From Octopus vulgaris (taxonomy: Eukaryota), in NCBI GenBank assembly GCA_951406725.2, contig OX597817.1, positions 80,910,001-80,974,000 of the forward strand: 64,000 nucleotides of DNA, in the 5' to 3' direction. Position numbers and translations under genes: made by a program. Of this stretch, positions 59,432-64,000 are shown in pieces; the first letter of the stretch is position 1; each line of letters opens with the position of its first letter. Below the pieces are notes generated by a model. That model was not told the origin of the DNA. It worked only from the letters and a program-made list of their open reading frames with translations, and made no database searches.

Positions 59432-62400
59432 TGAGAACAGTGCTTTCCATCAAAGTAAAACCGGTGTAAAATATACGAAGTCCAGTATACGCATCATGAC
59501 TAACTGTTTGATAAGGGTACACTAGACACATGAATCACAACCATATGTGCGCAACACGGTGATCTCATATCAAGATTAACAGCGCCTGACCTTGCAGGTG
59601 GGACCCAGTTAGAATTTTCATCAGGTCGAGTAACCCATCCTACACAAAAAAAAAACTGACTAAGGGTTGTTTAAGGATGTTGAACGAAATACCCATGTTT
59701 CCAGAGGGGAATTATTCAAACCCCAAAGATATTCCTTTGCCTGTTTTGTTACTGAGTATGATCTTTTGTTGTTTTAATGCTTTGAGACAAGTTATAACAT
59801 CAAGTCATCAGAATTTTTCAGGTAGGTGTCTAGGCCAATTTTGGCAATTTTCATTGTTAATTCCAGTTCTATGCATTGTCAACAATTTTCGTATTTTTCT
59901 GTCAAGATTACATACTTCAGTAATTGACCAGTTAATGGTATTGAAACTGTAAGTCACGACTGGTATGGCTAAAGTATTGATCGCTTCGATCCTGTTTTTT
60001 GCATTCTCTTGAGTATTGCCTTTACCCTGCGATAACATTCTCTTCTGATCCTTTCCTTCGTCACTGAATGTTTGATTCAGATACCCCTAGGTATTTGTAG
60101 CTCTCCGCTGGTTCTAATTCCTTTATGGTATTCTAGTGGTCAAGATTAAAATTGGATGTTTCTGTCTTTTTCCTTTGATAAAGGTAGCTTTTGCACATTT
60201 ATCGAGACCAAATTGCATCCTGAAGTCACCACTGAATTGTTTAACAGTCGCTAGTAAGCCCTGTAGTTGTTGGTCATTTTTTACAAAGAGCATTTTATCA
60301 TTCATGTAAATGAGATGATTTATATTTTTATCAAACATTTTATAACTGTATCGTACATCATTGAGCACTTTCGAGAGCGGTATTAAGGCTAGACAAAAGA
60401 GGAGTGGTGATAGAGAGTCACCCTGGAAAATGCCACATGAAAGTCTTGCATCTCCAGCATTAAGAAATTCATTGTCACTGTTCAAAGTCAATGTGGTTCT
60501 CCATGATCTCTTACTTACAGACAAGAAGTTTCGCAGAGTAGGCGCTATTTTAAACTTTTCTAGACATTTCTTAATCCAGTTATGTAGTAGACTATCAAAA
60601 GCTTTTTTATAGTCTATCCAAGTTATCGACAAGTTTTTGTGTAGTTTGTGACAATCTTCCAAGATCATTTTATTGATGAGTAGCTTATCTTTACAACCAT
60701 AAGACTCACGTTTACATCCTTTTTGCTCATTAGGGAATATACCAATTTCTATTAAAAGGCTATAGGTATATTCAGTCAAGACAGATGTTAGCATTTTATA
60801 CATTGTTGGTAAGCAGGTTATGGGTCTATATTTTTTTGGTTCATTTGTTTCTTCATTTTTTGAAAGTAGGAATGTTACACCATTAACTAGGCAAGAGGAA
60901 ATCACACTGGATCGTTGCAAAACATTGTTGTAAAGTTTTGTTAGCAATTCATGGCTCTCTGGGAAGGCATTCAACCAGAAGTTAGGAATTTTATCCTTTC
61001 CTGGAGACTTCCATTTGCTTGACTTCCTAAGGGCAGACCTTTCATCCTCTACCTTGATAACCTCCCTCTTTTGCTCTTCTAAGGATTCTAAGTCTAGATA
61101 TTCTATCAATCTAAGGGGCCTTTTCATTGAGTGTTTTTTCTTCTGTCCAAATTTTATTCCAAAATTCCTGCACTTCTTTTGATGGGATAGACTTTAGTGT
61201 AACTGGTATTTTCCTTATCTTCCTGTAAAAATTTGTTGGGTTATTTTTTAACATGTTGTTGTCCTTGAAGTATCTAACGCGCTTTTCATACCATGCTATG
61301 CAGGCAGCTTTAGCACATATCTTTTGCTTCATGGTTTCTATGGTGGTATCGATGTCAAATATGGTTTTCATATATTTTTTACTTTAATTTTCAGATTTCT
61401 GTTGGTTTGATACTCTTGTCAAAATTAAGGTTTTTATACATTCTATGTGAGACCTAAATAGCTAAATTTGGGGTTGAATACGCTCTTGGCAAGTAGGCTT
61501 TTTATGGGAATGTTGTTTTCTAATCTTTTCACCACATAGAATCGTTGAGATTTTCGCGGATGCATAGTACAGATGGTTGAGATCTGTAATATTAACATCA
61601 TTAGCTGAAATTATATCTTAAGTCCAAGGCGGATTTTACCAAGTATTTTCAGGTTTTGTTTAGAGTTGGGAATTTTCGGGAGAGTATCGCGTTCATTCCT
61701 ATTGGGATTCTTTCATTTTAAGCCATTCAATCATGATTTGATTTTTTAGAACATGTAGATCTGTTGGGTAAATTTAAATCTAACTTTCTTTATCTATTCG
61801 ATTTTTATCTTAGTGTTTATGGTTGGTTCAGAGAGTATTTCACTTTGCTTATCAGTTACATTAACTCTTTCAATAATTATTGCATTTTCATCAACCCTGG
61901 GCTGGTCTATAATTATTTATTCTGCAATATCTTCTTTAGCTGCAACTTCGTTCCTTTTATCCCGTACTGATTGTTTAATGTGTTCAATCTCTAATTCAGT
62001 GAGTCATTTCTTTTCATAATGTTTCTTCTGACGTTGGCAAGTTTGTTACTGTCTATGTAGGGTCTTACTTCAAAGTTTAAGTAGTTTTGTATAGTATTAG
62101 ATTTATTTGTGGGAAGATATATGGCATGATAAGAGGCCGTAAGAACTTCTTTATTATTTCCCCTAGACCATTTTTCATTCTTTTTCTTTTGGTTATTTGA
62201 TGACGAGCATGGATGAGCATGTGTTGGAATATTCCCGTTGTGGGGTACTCCCAGCTCCTGTGTTTCGGGAATATTTGAACTAGTAGCTGATATTTCGTAC
62301 CGAACCTGGTTCATCATTCGACTACGCGACCCTTGATGTCCCGGATGACGACAAATCTGGTTTGTATTTGGCTTTGTTATGATTGAGGCATGACGAGCTT

Positions 62401-62450
62401 GAACGTTGACATTAGGAGACGGATCTCTTCATGTAAACATTGCTCGTAAC
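59432..62450 (-). mobile_element. Decayed R4/Dong-clade LINE; RLE domain missing; ends in repeat X 3' part plus (TAA)n
   Basis: Colinear frameshifted pieces: N-terminal KWSRGNNKEV..DSNKLANVRR, KNNPTNFY..VQEFWNKIW, the RT, NAKNRIEAINTLAIPVVTYSF..W..LDRKIRKLLTMH and YSVTKQAKEY. Then 59735-59432 = repeat X. Confidence 0.9.
60123..61127 (-). pseudogene. R4/Dong reverse transcriptase domain (inactive)
   Basis: WKSPGKDKIPNFW, YRPITCLPTMYK, EQKGCK..GCKD.LLI, WIDYKKAFDS, GIFQGDSLSPLLF. Catalytic YMDD is mutated to YMND. Confidence 0.93.
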
Positions 62451-62499
62451 GTAGCTTTTTAAGACTAACAGATCTGTACAACATAATTTTTCAGACCTG

Positions 62500-63300
62500 G
62501 TGTCACAGTACCCACAGTGTCTTCCACATTTAGTAATTAAGGTTATAAAACATTCTATGTGAGACCTAATTAGCTGAATTTGGTGTTCCTGTCAGACAGA
62601 GTTGATCAGTATTACTTTTTGGATGGATTGTGGCTTTCTAACTGTTCTACACAAGTTCTGCGAGTTGATTTTTGTCCATTTCAGAATAGCTTAATACTGA
62701 CATTGCTTATGCGTAAGTGACTTTAATGATGCGCTTTCCATTTAATTTTGATTCGTGCACCTTCGCAGTTCTCCTTTTGTACTCCATAGTGCCTCTCTCA
62801 TATCTCTTTCCATTATCTTATCGTCTTGCAACACTACTTTATCTTCCGGCTTCTCTTCCCAGTTAGAACTTCACACTTACCTGCACCATACTGCATTCCA
62901 GTGCTTTACGGAATATTCTGACTGTTTGGAGTAGAGAATTCCGGTCTGTCTCATTTTTTGTATATATCTTGAGATCATCCAAATAAAGTAAGTGATTTAT
63001 TCTTATCTTGGTTTTGGTAAAGTCATAGGCAGACCTGTATTTTCTCAATACAGTTGTAAGAAGGATTAGTGCAATGTCAGAAGAATTAGCGCAATGAGTT
63101 GTCAGAAGGATTAACGCAATGTCAGAAGGATTAACGCAATGTCAGAAGGATTAGCACAATGTCAGAAGGATTACCGCAATATCAGAAGGATTAAGGCAAT
63201 GATTTGTCAGAAGGGTTAACGCAATGAGTAACGGAGAGAGCGAGTCTCCGTGGAAAATGCTCCTATGTATTTTAACGTTACCGTCAGTTCTACTTCTCAT
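62500..63300 (-). pseudogene. Second, distinct R4/Dong RT fragment with multiple deletions
   Basis: IFHGDSLSPLLIAL, INHLLYLDDLKIY, KLNGKRII and HPKSNTDQL. Confidence 0.8.
63056..63225. repeat. 20-bp minisatellite (gtcagaaggattaacgcaat) x8 inside the Dong RT fragment
   Basis: Eight units, with two 5-nt spacers. Confidence 0.9.
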
Positions 63301-63387
63301 TCTCTCGTTGCTATTATTATCATTATCAGTATCATTATTATTATCGTTATTATTAGTATTATTGTTGTTGTTGTTGTTGTTGTTCTT

Positions 63388-63596
63388 GAAGGCACGAGCT
63401 AGCAGAATCGGTAGCACGCCGGGTGAAACAATTTGCGGTATTTTGTCCATTTTGATGTTCTGAGTTCAAATTCCGCCGAGGTCGACTTTCCCTTTCATCC
63501 TTTCGGGGTCGATTAAATAAGTACCAGTTACGCACTGGGGTTGATGTTATCGACTTAATCTCTTCCCCCAAGCTGCCCTTGCGGCAAAAGTTTGAA

Positions 63597-63597
<1 letters not shown>
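63388..63597 (+). mobile_element. SINE family A
   Basis: Full head and body, between trinucleotide repeats. Confidence 0.88.
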
Positions 63598-63642
<45 letters not shown>

Positions 63643-63643
<1 letters not shown>

Positions 63644-64000
63644 CAAGATCCCAGACCTTATTCGCCTTCCAGGAGGGGAAGAATTACATGTCACAGTGAG
63701 AGTAGATGGCCACGGTGCCACCTGGGTGGAGCGACTTGAAAGCCTTCTACCCCCAACAGAAGACAGGGAGCCATAGAAGCCCCTTACTGCTAACACCAGG
63801 TTCCCAAAAGCCTCAGCAAAAACAACAACTAAACAACGACCAGTAACAATAGCAGCACCAACCCCGACAACAACGGTTTCATCATCAACAAGAACAGCAA
63901 AACCAATAAACAAAGGAAAATCCCCAACACCAACATCAACAGCAACCCCAGTAACAACAACAACAACCTCGGCAACATCATCAACATCAGCCACAGCAAC
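63643..64000 (+). pseudogene. L1/Tx1-like ORF1 remnant (degenerate zinc knuckle plus Thr/Pro-rich tail)
   Basis: KIPDLIRLPGGEELHVTV, then (frameshift) SRWPRCHLGG..LKAFYP, resembling GR.P.C..CG..GH.KA.CP, followed by a T/P/K-rich region. Runs off the window. Confidence 0.5.

Noticed and set aside
60123-61127. Domesticated or active reverse transcriptase
   Set aside because: YMDD is mutated to YMND, there are frameshifts on both sides, and the endonuclease is deleted.
63056-63225. CRISPR-like regular repeats
   Set aside because: The units are contiguous with no unique spacers, no cas genes are present, and the context is a eukaryotic LINE.
63641-63994. Minus-strand Val-rich 117-aa ORF
   Set aside because: It is the antisense of the Thr/Pro-rich, AAC-rich ORF1-like remnant.

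Overview
AT-rich, microsatellite-saturated animal non-coding DNA. The SINE families and repeat landscape look like an Octopus (coleoid cephalopod) genome; this is inference from recalled repeat sequences. No intact host gene, rRNA, true tRNA or CRISPR array is supported, and almost every ORF in the track is a microsatellite artefact. The window holds: about 30 tRNA-derived SINE copies of 4 modular families; a decayed R4/Dong LINE (59.4-62.4 kb) plus two further Dong fragments; RTE, L1/Tx1, Penelope-like (PLE) and mariner remnants; piggyBac-type and mariner MITEs; two foldback elements; and a non-autonomous Helitron. Three signals stand out. (1) Several minimal type I hammerhead-ribozyme motifs lie in PLE-type terminal fragments, the best at 40213-40249 (+) and 20639-20684 (-). 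(2) A ~560-bp non-coding element sits in (TAA)n tracts, and its 3' half is also fused to the 3' side of the Dong LINE, suggesting a Dong-mobilised non-autonomous partner. (3) Retroelement lineages appear to partition among microsatellite types. All coordinates were read by eye, and degenerate element boundaries are approximate (about +/-20 bp).
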